The translations under genes and the position numbers were made by a program. A stretch of DNA of 64,000 bases from an uncultured Thermoplasmatales archaeon (GTDB lineage Archaea > Thermoplasmatota > E2 > DHVEG-1): contig CAYMOC010000001.1 in the NCBI GenBank assembly GCA_964391965.1, positions 21,216 through 85,215 on the forward strand, in the 5' to 3' direction. Shown here one piece after another: positions 55,796 to 64,000 of this stretch. Each line of letters starts with the position of its first letter. The stretch's first letter is position 1. Under the pieces are notes generated by a model. The model was not told the origin of the DNA. It made no database searches and saw only the letters and a program-made list of their open reading frames with translations.

Positions 55796-56101
55796 TTATT
55801 CTACCCATTCAACACCTAGTTTTTCTTCCCAATCTGGAACGCTTCCATCCCATTTACCAGCAACTTCTTTGGGTACACATTTTTTACATACATTGATGAG
55901 TTTGAAATAACAGGATTTGCAGACGTTTCTTCCACATTTTATACATACACTTGTTGCTTTTTTCTCACCACATATTTCGCAGAAACCTTCAGGTTTTTTG
56001 TTAGAATAATCTGTTTCTTCATCTTCATCGATTTCTTTTTTGGTGTCTTTAAGCCATTCTTTTAGTTCTTCGTTTATACTACCTGTTTTTTTTTCAGTCA
56101 T
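55796..56101 (-). CDS. Cys-rich zinc-finger protein, hypothetical
   Basis: CEICGEKK...CIKCGRNVCKSC...CKKC. Confidence 0.4.
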   Translation of the reverse strand: MTEKKTGSINEELKEWLKDTKKEIDEDEETDYSNKKPEGFCEICGEKKATSVCIKCGRNVCKSCYFKLINVCKKCVPKEVAGKWDGSVPDWEEKLGVEWVE

Positions 56102-56151
56102 AAAGTATCCCCCTAATTGTTTAGAAACAAAAAACTTTTGTTTTCTTTATT

Positions 56152-56748
56152 TTAAGTAGTTTTAGGTTTTTTTGCTTTTCGGTGTACAAAATTTGAAAAC
56201 AAATGAAAAAATGGAGTCAGAACTAATAATACTACTATATGCCAAATTGTGAAATTTCTGAAAAACCAGTTGTACTCCATTAAACCAGTCAGATGTAAAA
56301 ATGAAGACACAATAAAGCTAAAAAAAAGTACTCCTAGAATAAAATCAAGTTGATCAAATGGGATCCAATCTTTACCTCTTTCTATACCGGTTCTTCTTTT
56401 AAAAAAGCTTTCTGTGACATCACCTAGTAAGGCTCCTATACAGAGTGAAAATATTAATGGTATCATTAAAGGAAAACCTGTGAAATCATCTATACCAAGA
56501 AACTGATAGTCTGGTGTTGCAGCTGCATATTTTGCAACTATTGAAAGTCCGAAACCTCCTATCATTCCAATTAGTGTTCCAAAAAGAAGACCTGACCAGG
56601 TTTTACCATCACCAAGAATTCTTTTACCATCTTTCCAGTTTTTTCCGAAATCAACGGGTGTTCCACCACCAAGTAGTAATGCACTAGCATTGGCTATGTA
56701 TGCTGGTAGTATAAGCCATAAGGCTTGTATTATGATTAATGGATCCAT
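56152..56748 (-). CDS. carS: CDP-archaeol synthase
   Basis: This is a DUF46-pattern membrane protein with PVDFGKNWKDGKRILGDGKTWSG. Confidence 0.7.
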   Translation of the reverse strand: MDPLIIIQALWLILPAYIANASALLLGGGTPVDFGKNWKDGKRILGDGKTWSGLLFGTLIGMIGGFGLSIVAKYAAATPDYQFLGIDDFTGFPLMIPLIFSLCIGALLGDVTESFFKRRTGIERGKDWIPFDQLDFILGVLFFSFIVSSFLHLTGLMEYNWFFRNFTIWHIVVLLVLTPFFHLFSNFVHRKAKKPKTT

Positions 56749-56828
56749 TGTTGAAATGTTGAATATAGTTTTTGTTATAAAAAACAGTAATGTTTAAAAA
56801 AAATTTTTTGAAAAAAAATGGATTTGTT

Positions 56829-57362
56829 TTATTTTTTTCTACTTAGTTTTAATCCTTTATAGCAGAATTTGTTTGAACGTTTGACAAGTCCTTTAAGAGA
56901 TAGATTTGAAAGATTAAAAGTTTCAGCAACGCGATTTCCGAATTTGCCATCTTCACCAATATAGGTATAGATGTCTTCTTCGAGTTTACGGAATTCATTT
57001 TTGTTTAATGATGCTACACTAAAAATTTCACTTATCTCATTTATTGGACATGATATTTTTATGCTGAAAGAAGAGTAATATGATCTGTATTTTTTCTGAG
57101 GTCTCCCGTTTATTCCTTCGTCGGGTGTGGTCCATCTTGTTTCTACTAGTTTCATTTCATCAAAATATTCTAAGGCTTCTGCTCCATCTGCTCCATATTT
57201 TTCCTGAATTTCACTGAAACATTTCCATTCCCCGGATATTTCATTGAAAACTTCTTTTTTGATTTTGTCGTTAAAAGCTCGGAGTAGAGGAACAAGATCA
57301 GTTGAATCATTTACTACTTTTGTACGCATCATAGTTTTTTTTCGCCTTATCTTTATATACAA
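56829..57362 (-). CDS. Hypothetical protein, possibly winged-helix, lying between the DGGGPS and CarS genes
   Basis: ORF; no confident family. Confidence 0.35.
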   Translation of the reverse strand: MYIKIRRKKTMMRTKVVNDSTDLVPLLRAFNDKIKKEVFNEISGEWKCFSEIQEKYGADGAEALEYFDEMKLVETRWTTPDEGINGRPQKKYRSYYSSFSIKISCPINEISEIFSVASLNKNEFRKLEEDIYTYIGEDGKFGNRVAETFNLSNLSLKGLVKRSNKFCYKGLKLSRKK

Positions 57363-57456
57363 AAAGTCGAATATTTAAGCTTTTTGTATAAAAATAAATT
57401 TATGAAAATAATTTTAAAAGTTTTTATGAATTTTTTATCTTACAAAAAGTCTTTTT

Positions 57457-58296
57457 TTATATCAGAAGTAATAGTATAAAAACAACTATTACTTCAACCA
57501 TTGTAAAACGAAGAACATCAGTCGTTCGAGCTGAATTTTCTACTTTGATCAACGGTAAAATTGAAGCATATGATGTTGTTATTAAAACAGGAGTTATCAA
57601 CAATAGATACCATATACTGTCAAAAACATAAAAGCCAGGATAGAAAAACAAAAAAATACTTGCAAACAAACAAATAACACCTATATATGCCGCATTTTTT
57701 TTACCGACTCTACCTGGAAGGGTTTTTCTTGTAATTTTATCTCCTTCATAATCTCTTACATCAAGAAGGATTTCTCTTCCAAATAAAATAAAAAAAGATA
57801 CAACCGTATAAAATGCTGGCGTTAATAAGCTACCGGCAGCGGAACCACCATACATGAAAGAGATCGATACAGTGAATGCTACTACAAAATTTCCGAGCAG
57901 CCCTATTTTTTTAGTTACAAGTTCGTATAATACAATCAAAGTTACTCCAAATATTGAAAAGAAGAAAACTTGTAGGTTGATAAAAATGGAGAGTAGTATA
58001 CCAATTGAGAATAGGGTTATTCCCATGTATAACGCGGTGTTAGGTTTGATTAACCCTAAAGGGAGAGCTCTATTTGGATGTATAATTTTATCTATTTCAT
58101 AGTCGAAATAATCATTAAATGGTGAACTTCCGGCAGCAATAAAAAATACTGCAAACATAGCAAGAACTACAGGTATAGAAAAAAGTGGTGAACCTGCTGC
58201 TAACGCTCCAATATAAACAGTAAAAAACGCGAGTGGGCTTACTTCAGGTCGTATTAGTTTTACTAGTGCTATTATTTTTTTCTTATTTTCTGACAT
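57457..58296 (-). CDS. UbiA-family prenyltransferase, probably digeranylgeranylglyceryl phosphate synthase
   Basis: NDYFDYEIDKIIHPNR and a second Asp-rich motif LDVRDYEGDK are present. It is a 279-aa polytopic protein next to carS. Confidence 0.6.
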   Translation of the reverse strand: MSENKKKIIALVKLIRPEVSPLAFFTVYIGALAAGSPLFSIPVVLAMFAVFFIAAGSSPFNDYFDYEIDKIIHPNRALPLGLIKPNTALYMGITLFSIGILLSIFINLQVFFFSIFGVTLIVLYELVTKKIGLLGNFVVAFTVSISFMYGGSAAGSLLTPAFYTVVSFFILFGREILLDVRDYEGDKITRKTLPGRVGKKNAAYIGVICLFASIFLFFYPGFYVFDSIWYLLLITPVLITTSYASILPLIKVENSARTTDVLRFTMVEVIVVFILLLLI

Positions 58297-58375
58297 TTTT
58301 ACAAATCTTCTAATTATTTTCTTTTAAATATAAATCTGGTTAATATATATTTAAAGATTTGTATTCAAAAAAGTA

Positions 58376-58648
58376 TTATTTATTTTTTAGTTTTTCATAT
58401 TCTTTTTCTGTCTGATGTTCAATATATCCCTCTCCGCGGAATGCAGAGATTCCATGTGCTGCAACTCCGATACCCCAGCCAAATAAAACAAAAATAGGCC
58501 ATGGAGCTACATCCCCACCTGTTATAAGCCACCATTGAGCAAAAAGGAAAGCATTAACAGCGATGTAAATTACCAGATGAATATAAAAATCAGATTTTTC
58601 CTTAGCGATTTTTCTTGCTTTTTTCCTTAATTCCTCATCAGTTGGCAT
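58376..58648 (-). CDS. Small 2-TM membrane protein
   Basis: ORF with two hydrophobic helices. Confidence 0.4.
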   Translation of the reverse strand: MPTDEELRKKARKIAKEKSDFYIHLVIYIAVNAFLFAQWWLITGGDVAPWPIFVLFGWGIGVAAHGISAFRGEGYIEHQTEKEYEKLKNK

Positions 58649-58691
58649 ATTAGTAATTATAATATTTTAGTATAAAAAATTAACACATAGT

Positions 58692-58712
58692 AAGTATGGA
58701 CTGTCGGGATTT
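58692..58712. repeat. Putative attL, a 21-nt direct repeat of the tRNA-Ala 3' end plus 5 nt of flank
   Basis: aagtatggactg-tcgggattt here versus aagtatggactggtcgggattt at 60295-60316, a 21/22 match. Confidence 0.55.
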
Positions 58713-58811
58713 ATTACTCAAATAATGAGTTTGTTTTTTTAATTTTTTTAAGTGCGATAAAAAATGATCATTTTTTAAACTATTAGTCGATCAGTATTTT
58801 TCGATCTATAA

Positions 58812-59370
58812 ATGATTTTAGATAGCGAAATAAAAGAATACATCTTTCTTACAACCGAGGGAACTACATTTCAGCCAGGATCTCATTTTCTTGAACCAGA
58901 TATAGAAAATCTACAAGTGATCGGATTTTCAAGGGGTGAAACATCAAAAGAAGCGTTTGAAAAACTGATTTTTGATAATTCCTATCTTCTTGAAACTAGC
59001 TTCAATGAAATATTCGGCTTGGAGTTAGCTAATTTTTCAAAAAGAGATTTTTATTTTTTAAGAGAAGAGGTGGATTAATCTGGCAATAGTAATTAATATG
59101 GGTGATGAATACTTTTTAAGAGCCAGTAAAGAAAAAGTTGGAACATTTGACATTGTTGCAATAGACTGAGAGCATCCTAACTATGGTTATTTTACAGATG
59201 CAATGCTTTGGTATAGATCTCATCATAGCATAAACTGGATTCCAATTCACATAGTAAATTGGTCTGATAAATATTCAGAATTATCGATGTTTTTAGAAGA
59301 TTTCCCTGAATTAAGAGTTCTTTTTGATGGTGGTTTTGATTATCCGATGATTCAGACAAAAAAGAATAGT
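58812..59370 (+). pseudogene. Disrupted ORF in three pieces. 58812-59078 is joined to the ORF starting at 59098 by a +1 frame change, and there is an in-frame TGA at 59167-59169.
   Basis: Contiguous coding-like sequence continues across a frame shift and an internal TGA (...VGTFDIVAID-stop-EHPNYGYFTDAML...). Confidence 0.45.
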
Positions 59371-59450
59371 TAAGATATCATCAAAAATATTTTTGATCAA
59401 GTTTTATAAGCTTATTATCTATCTTTAAATTAGTTTAGGGTAGATACATA

Positions 59451-60224
59451 ATGAATACAATACTCTATAATGAGAGGGTTTTGAACAAATACCATAGTAA
59501 ATCTCAGATAGCGCGAGTTTTGACTGAAAGTTGGTTTAAAGAAGAAATGTATTGTCCTAATTGTTTGAATTATAATCTATTAAAAAATCCAGATAATACA
59601 AAGGTAGTAGATTTCGTTTGCAATAATTGTAATAATAAATTTCAACTTAAAGCCCAGTCAAAACCTTTTTACTCAAAAGTTGTAGATGGTGCATTTCTTC
59701 CTATGATTAATTCTATTCAACGCAGAACAAATCCAAATTTTTCATTTATGCAGTATTCTTTTGAAGATTGGAAAATTCAAAATCTCATCATGGTTCCTAA
59801 ATTCTTTTTTTCCTCATCAATCATAGAAAAAAGAAAACCTTTATCTCAAAATGCGCGAAGAGCTGGTTGGGTAGGATGTAATATATTATTATCAAATCTA
59901 CCTGAATTAGGTAAAATCAAAATTATTGATAACGGCAAATCAATATCGAAGACAGATGTGCAAAAAACATGGAAAAAATTATCTTTTATGGAGGATGAGT
60001 ATCCTGGACGTAGAGCATGGTTATCTGATATATTATATTGTATACAAAAACTAAATAAAAAAGAATTTACACTATCAGAGATGTATGATTTTGAAAATTA
60101 TTTATCAAGATTGCATCCCAAAAATAAAAATGTAAAACCAAAAATTAGACAGCAGCTACAAATTTTAAGAGACAAGGGTATCGTTGAATTTAAATCTAGA
60201 GGACTTTATGTTTTTAAAGAATAA
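59451..60224 (+). CDS. DpnI-family methylation-dependent (GmATC) restriction endonuclease, Type IIM
   Basis: KSQIARVLTESWFKEEMYCPNC...DFVCNNC...FQLKAQS, RKPL...ARRAGWVGCNI and the C-terminal KIRQQLQILRDKGIVEFKSRGLY closely match the remembered S. pneumoniae DpnI sequence. Confidence 0.7.
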   Translation: MNTILYNERVLNKYHSKSQIARVLTESWFKEEMYCPNCLNYNLLKNPDNTKVVDFVCNNCNNKFQLKAQSKPFYSKVVDGAFLPMINSIQRRTNPNFSFMQYSFEDWKIQNLIMVPKFFFSSSIIEKRKPLSQNARRAGWVGCNILLSNLPELGKIKIIDNGKSISKTDVQKTWKKLSFMEDEYPGRRAWLSDILYCIQKLNKKEFTLSEMYDFENYLSRLHPKNKNVKPKIRQQLQILRDKGIVEFKSRGLYVFKE

Positions 60225-60294
60225 TGAAGTTATATATTGCACTATGTTGGATAATAACTGCAAAACCTGATAGGTATTGCTCCAATATTTTAAA

Positions 60295-60316
60295 AAGTAT
60301 GGACTGGTCGGGATTT
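60295..60316. repeat. Putative attR overlapping the tRNA-Ala 3' end
   Basis: See 58692-58712. Confidence 0.55.
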
Positions 60317-60373
60317 GAACCCGAGGCCTCTTCCATGCCAAGGAAGCGATCTTCCGAGCTGATCTACCAGCCC
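60300..60373 (-). tRNA. tRNA-Ala (anticodon GGC)
   Basis: The cloverleaf has the G3·U70 identity pair. The D-arm is GATC/GATC, the anticodon loop TTGGCAT, and the T-arm TCGGG-TTCAAAT-CCCGA. Confidence 0.85.
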
Positions 60374-60453
60374 AACAGGACTTTCTGAGAACCACAAATA
60401 GAATTATCCTATAAAAAACTATTAGATATAAAACCCACATTATCGAGTGTAAC

Positions 60454-61056
60454 ATGAAACAAAAAGAACTTGAAATACTTCTTCAGAAAATTCCTGATTT
60501 CAAAAAACCAAAACCAGGTTTAGAACAATATATAACACCAGCACCAATCGCAGCTGATATTCTTTTTAAAGCATTTCAACTAGGTGATATTAAAGATAGA
60601 ATAGTTGTTGATCTTGGCTGTGGAACCGGTATTTTTGCATATGGAGCATATTTATTAGAAGCTCAAAAAGTTGTAGGAGTCGATAATGACAGAGATTGTA
60701 TAGATACTGCTCGTGATTTTGTATTCAAAAACAATCTATGTATAAATTATGGTATAAATGAGATTAGAAACGTTAACATTGTTTGTGACACTGTTTTGAT
60801 GAACCCGCCTTTTGGAGCGCAAAAAACCAACATTAGAGCTGACAGAAAATTTATTGAGAAAGCATTTGAAATATCTCAGGTATTCTATTCACTTCATCTT
60901 TCAAACACTATGGAGTTTATAAAAAAAATTATTTCATCATTAAACGGAAAAATAACTCATATACAGGAATATGATTTCCCAATAAAACATGCTTTTTCTT
61001 TTCATAAAAAACCAGTAAAAAAATATAAGATTTCCATGATTAGAGTAGAAAAATAG
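60454..61056 (+). CDS. METTL5-like N6-adenine methyltransferase (class I SAM, NPPF motif)
   Basis: VDLGCGTGIF and VLMNPPFG are present. Confidence 0.65.
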   Translation: MKQKELEILLQKIPDFKKPKPGLEQYITPAPIAADILFKAFQLGDIKDRIVVDLGCGTGIFAYGAYLLEAQKVVGVDNDRDCIDTARDFVFKNNLCINYGINEIRNVNIVCDTVLMNPPFGAQKTNIRADRKFIEKAFEISQVFYSLHLSNTMEFIKKIISSLNGKITHIQEYDFPIKHAFSFHKKPVKKYKISMIRVEK

Positions 61057-61144
61057 TTGTAAAATCAAAAAAGATATTAAGTAGAGTTTTATCTAAAAAA
61101 ACCAAGATTAGATTAAATTTCTAAATTTTCGGGGTAAAAAATTT

Positions 61145-61651
61145 ATGATAAAATCAAGACATAAAAATCAGAGAATAGGTGTTTTTGTAGACGTACAAAA
61201 CATGTACTATTCAGCAAAAAACTTATACAAATCCAAAGTAGATTTTAAAACAATTCTAAGAGAATCTGTAAACAACCGCAAAATTATACGAGCTATAGCA
61301 TATGTTATAAAAGCAGATGTTAAAGACGAAAATACTTTTTATGAAGCACTTGAAGACATGGGTTTTGAAGTAAAAGCAAAAGATTTGCAAATATTCTATG
61401 GAGGAGACAAAAAAGGAGATTGGGATGTAGGAATCGCTATGGATGTGATGCGTCTAGCACCTAAACTTGATACGATAGTACTAGTAAGTGGCGATGGAGA
61501 TTTCTCAGACCTATTAGAACATGCAAAAAGCCTTGGTTGTAGAACAGAAGTAATAGCTTTTGGAAAAACAACATCTCATAAACTCAAAGAAGTAGCTGAT
61601 CTTTTTATAGATCTAGATGACAACAAAAAATATCTTTTCAATAAAAAATAA
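61145..61651 (+). CDS. NYN/LabA-like (DUF88) domain protein
   Basis: RIGVFVDVQN...IVLVSGDGDFSDLL is present. Confidence 0.7.
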   Translation: MIKSRHKNQRIGVFVDVQNMYYSAKNLYKSKVDFKTILRESVNNRKIIRAIAYVIKADVKDENTFYEALEDMGFEVKAKDLQIFYGGDKKGDWDVGIAMDVMRLAPKLDTIVLVSGDGDFSDLLEHAKSLGCRTEVIAFGKTTSHKLKEVADLFIDLDDNKKYLFNKK

Positions 61652-61739
61652 AAACTTTTTGAGCAAATTAACAGTTGGTTTTAAAAACTAAAAAATAATT
61701 GATAATTTAAAAAAAGATTATTCAGGGTGAAGAATTTAA

Positions 61740-61913
61740 ATGAAATATATCAAAAGCAAAGCTACAGAATACGTTATTGATGACGGAGAAAACATCAATG
61801 ATCTGGGCAATGTCAAGTTAGAAGAAGCAAAAAAACAAGCTAAAACTGCTGCTTTAAAAACGAATAGACCCGTTTTTATAATGAAAACAGTAGGTTATAT
61901 GGATCCTGAATAA
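61740..61913 (+). CDS. Hypothetical 57-aa protein
   Basis: Short ORF upstream of uL15. It is not recognised. Confidence 0.25.
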   Translation: MKYIKSKATEYVIDDGENINDLGNVKLEEAKKQAKTAALKTNRPVFIMKTVGYMDPE

Positions 61914-62020
61914 ATAAAAATTTTAAAAAACATTGTATTATTATCCGAAAGTATAATAATAGGTTTCCTTATCTGGTCTTTCAACCTTTAAATAAAAAAA
62001 GCAATTAAAAGTGATATAAA

Positions 62021-62419
62021 ATGGCACGAAAGAAGGCAAAGAAAAACAGAGGATCAAAAACTCACGGACGCGGCAGTATGAAAAACGGACGCGGAGCAGG
62101 AGAACGCGGTGGCAGAGGAAAAGCCGGCTGGGATAAACATAGAAGAATGCATATGAAAAAAGTCGATCCCAATCATTTCGGAAGACATGGTTTTAAAAGA
62201 CCACAATCAGTTATAGAAAAAGATACAGTTATAAACATTGGAAACCTCGAAGAAAAATTTCCTAAAAAAAACACTATTGATTTAACAGAACAAGGCTATA
62301 CAAAACTTTTAGGTGCCGGTAATGTATCTAAGAAATTAAAAATAAAGGTTGAAAAAGCTTCAGAGAAGGCTATCCAAAAAGTTAAAGATGAAGGTGGAGA
62401 GGTAGTTCTTCCAGAGTGA
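62021..62419 (+). CDS. rpl15: Ribosomal protein uL15
   Basis: The N-terminus is KKNRGSKTHGRGSMKNGRGAGERGGRGKAG. Confidence 0.85.
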   Translation: MARKKAKKNRGSKTHGRGSMKNGRGAGERGGRGKAGWDKHRRMHMKKVDPNHFGRHGFKRPQSVIEKDTVINIGNLEEKFPKKNTIDLTEQGYTKLLGAGNVSKKLKIKVEKASEKAIQKVKDEGGEVVLPE

Positions 62420-62460
62420 AAAGTTTTTTCATTACAAAAAATATTTCAGGGTTAGATTAG

Positions 62461-64000
62461 ATGGCTGAGGAAAAAAAAAGTAGACTTTATGCATTTAAGC
62501 CCCTTATAGAGAGATGGCCTGCTGTAACAAGGCCGGAGGGGCATGTTCAGTTCCGAACAAAACTACTCTGGACTCTCTTATGTTTAATTTTCTATTTCAT
62601 TTTAACAAATATCATCATTTTAGGTTTAGGAAGCGGAACTCTCGACTTATTTGAACAGTACCGGTTTATTATGGCTGGAGCTTCAGGTTCAGTAGTGCAC
62701 CTGGGCATAGGTCCTATCGTTACAGCTTCAATTATAATGCAGCTTTTTGTTGGTGCAAAAATTATTAATCTTGATCTGCAGGATTCTGATGACAAAGCAG
62801 TCTATCAAGGTTTTCAGAAAGTACTTGTAGCAGTAATGATTTTTGTGGAATCAATTCCTCAGGTTTTTGGTTATCTTAGTCCAAGTGAGGGTTTACTAGG
62901 ACTTCTAGGTGGTAATGAACTTGCGGCTAATTCTATAATTATTGTTCAACTTGTCATCGGTTGTTTCCTTGTATTTTTCATGGACGAACTTATTTCCAAG
63001 TGGGGAATAGGTTCAGGTATCTCACTTTTTATTGCTGCAGGTGTATCTCAACAGATTTTCACGGGTTTGTTTAACTGGTTACCCATAACAGGTGTTGGAG
63101 AATGGAGTCTGACAAATCCACCTGCAGGAGTTATACCTGGTACATATTATCTCTCTACTGAGATGACTATGTCAGACTTGGTTGGCGGGGGTTATCAAAC
63201 TATTTTCCTTGGAAATCCAGGTTTAGGCGGCGTAGGATATACTAATTGTATTGTAGCTCTCTTGGGTACTTTGTTTATCTTTTTCCTTGTAGTTTACATA
63301 GAATCTTCTCGTATAGAACTGCCACTTGCACATGGCCGTGTCCGTGGAGCTCGAGGCAGGTATCCAATCAGATTAATGTATGCTTCTGTTATTCCGGTAA
63401 TTTTAGTTTCTGCACTTCTAGCAAATATAAACATGTTTTCGATGCTTCTATGGCGTTCGGATCTGCCAATAATTGGAAATGCTTGGTGGATTGGAAAGTT
63501 TTCTGAAACTGCCACCCAACCTTTAGCAGGTGGAGCATGGTATTTATCGAGACCTAATGGAATCAACAGCTGGTTAATGCCTATACTTAGCGGAGGCTAT
63601 GGTGGGCATGATGCTTGGCAGTTTGCTTTAAAAGTAATTATTTATTTTGCTGTAATGATCATTGGTTCTATTTTATTTGCAAAGTTTTGGATAGAAACTA
63701 CAAATATGGGTCCACGTGATGTAGCTCGTCAGATACAAAGTAGCGGCATGCAGATTCCGGGTTTCAGACGAGATCCACGTGTGTTAAAAAAGGTCCTGGA
63801 GCGTTATATCCCAGTTATCACAGTTATAGGTGGAGCACTGGTAGGTGCTCTCGCTGGTTTTTCCGATGCTATTGGAACTGTAGGAAATGTAAGCGGCACT
63901 GGTGTCTTGTTAGCAGTAAGTATTATTATCCAACTTTATGAAGAAATTGGTAAAGAACAAGCTATGGAGATGCATCCCGTACTACGTGGATTCTTCGGAA
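62461..64000 (+). CDS. secY: Preprotein translocase SecY (partial, 3' end beyond the window)
   Basis: It has 10 TM segments and the conserved SecY blocks GIGPIVTASIIMQL and SGISLFIAAGV. It follows uL15. Confidence 0.9.
   Translation, partial: MAEEKKSRLYAFKPLIERWPAVTRPEGHVQFRTKLLWTLLCLIFYFILTNIIILGLGSGTLDLFEQYRFIMAGASGSVVHLGIGPIVTASIIMQLFVGAKIINLDLQDSDDKAVYQGFQKVLVAVMIFVESIPQVFGYLSPSEGLLGLLGGNELAANSIIIVQLVIGCFLVFFMDELISKWGIGSGISLFIAAGVSQQIFTGLFNWLPITGVGEWSLTNPPAGVIPGTYYLSTEMTMSDLVGGGYQTIFLGNPGLGGVGYTNCIVALLGTLFIFFLVVYIESSRIELPLAHGRVRGARGRYPIRLMYASVIPVILVSALLANINMFSMLLWRSDLPIIGNAWWIGKFSETATQPLAGGAWYLSRPNGINSWLMPILSGGYGGHDAWQFALKVIIYFAVMIIGSILFAKFWIETTNMGPRDVARQIQSSGMQIPGFRRDPRVLKKVLERYIPVITVIGGALVGALAGFSDAIGTVGNVSGTGVLLAVSIIIQLYEEIGKEQAMEMHPVLRGFFG

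Noticed and set aside
59167-59169. In-frame TGA as selenocysteine or stop-codon recoding
   Set aside because: There is no redox-motif context and no obvious SECIS-like hairpin. An adjacent +1 frame break in the same region favours gene decay. Other genes in the window end with ordinary TAA, TAG or TGA stops.
1-64000. CRISPR arrays, rRNA genes, transposase/IS elements
   Set aside because: No short regularly spaced direct repeats, no rRNA-like conserved stretches, and no transposase-like ORFs or terminal inverted repeats were seen. The only mobile-element signature is the att-flanked remnant at tRNA-Ala.

Overview
This is an AT-rich archaeal chromosome segment. The archaeal assignment rests on PurP, CarS, a DGGGP synthase, a DhnA-type aldolase, archaeal FEN1, uL15-SecY, Tsr3, and a PGF-CTERM protein. 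About 50 genes and three tRNAs can be supported. The left 19 kb is filled by two tandem paralogous giant secreted proteins on the minus strand. One is partial at >2900 aa and the other is 3399 aa. They are built from Ig-like, PKD and FN3-like beta-sandwich modules. The complete copy carries three ~132-aa Hint (Hedgehog/intein-like) domains. Two sit inside split FN3-like domains within a 984-bp tandem repeat whose two cores are DNA-identical. The third is the last domain of the protein and ends HN-GGTK-stop. None has a +1 nucleophile or an endonuclease insert. I therefore read them as non-splicing BIL-like autoprocessing modules, which I have not seen described on an archaeal surface giant. The rest of the window is a secretome-rich accessory region. 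It has a DUF11 protein, a C25 gingipain-like peptidase, an HExxH protease-like protein, a PGF-CTERM beta-helix protein and an MMPL exporter. Housekeeping genes are purF, purP, rpiA, argF, fen1, xpd, RNase J, a YhaM-like HD-OB nuclease, Taw2/Trm5, Tsr3, METTL5-like, CarS and DGGGPS. A ~1.6 kb remnant integrated element lies at tRNA-Ala. It is bounded by a 21/22-nt direct repeat of the tRNA 3' end and carries a DpnI-family methyl-directed restriction endonuclease plus a broken ORF. No CRISPR array or rRNA gene is present. All calls come from reading the sequence by eye against remembered family motifs. No searches were run.
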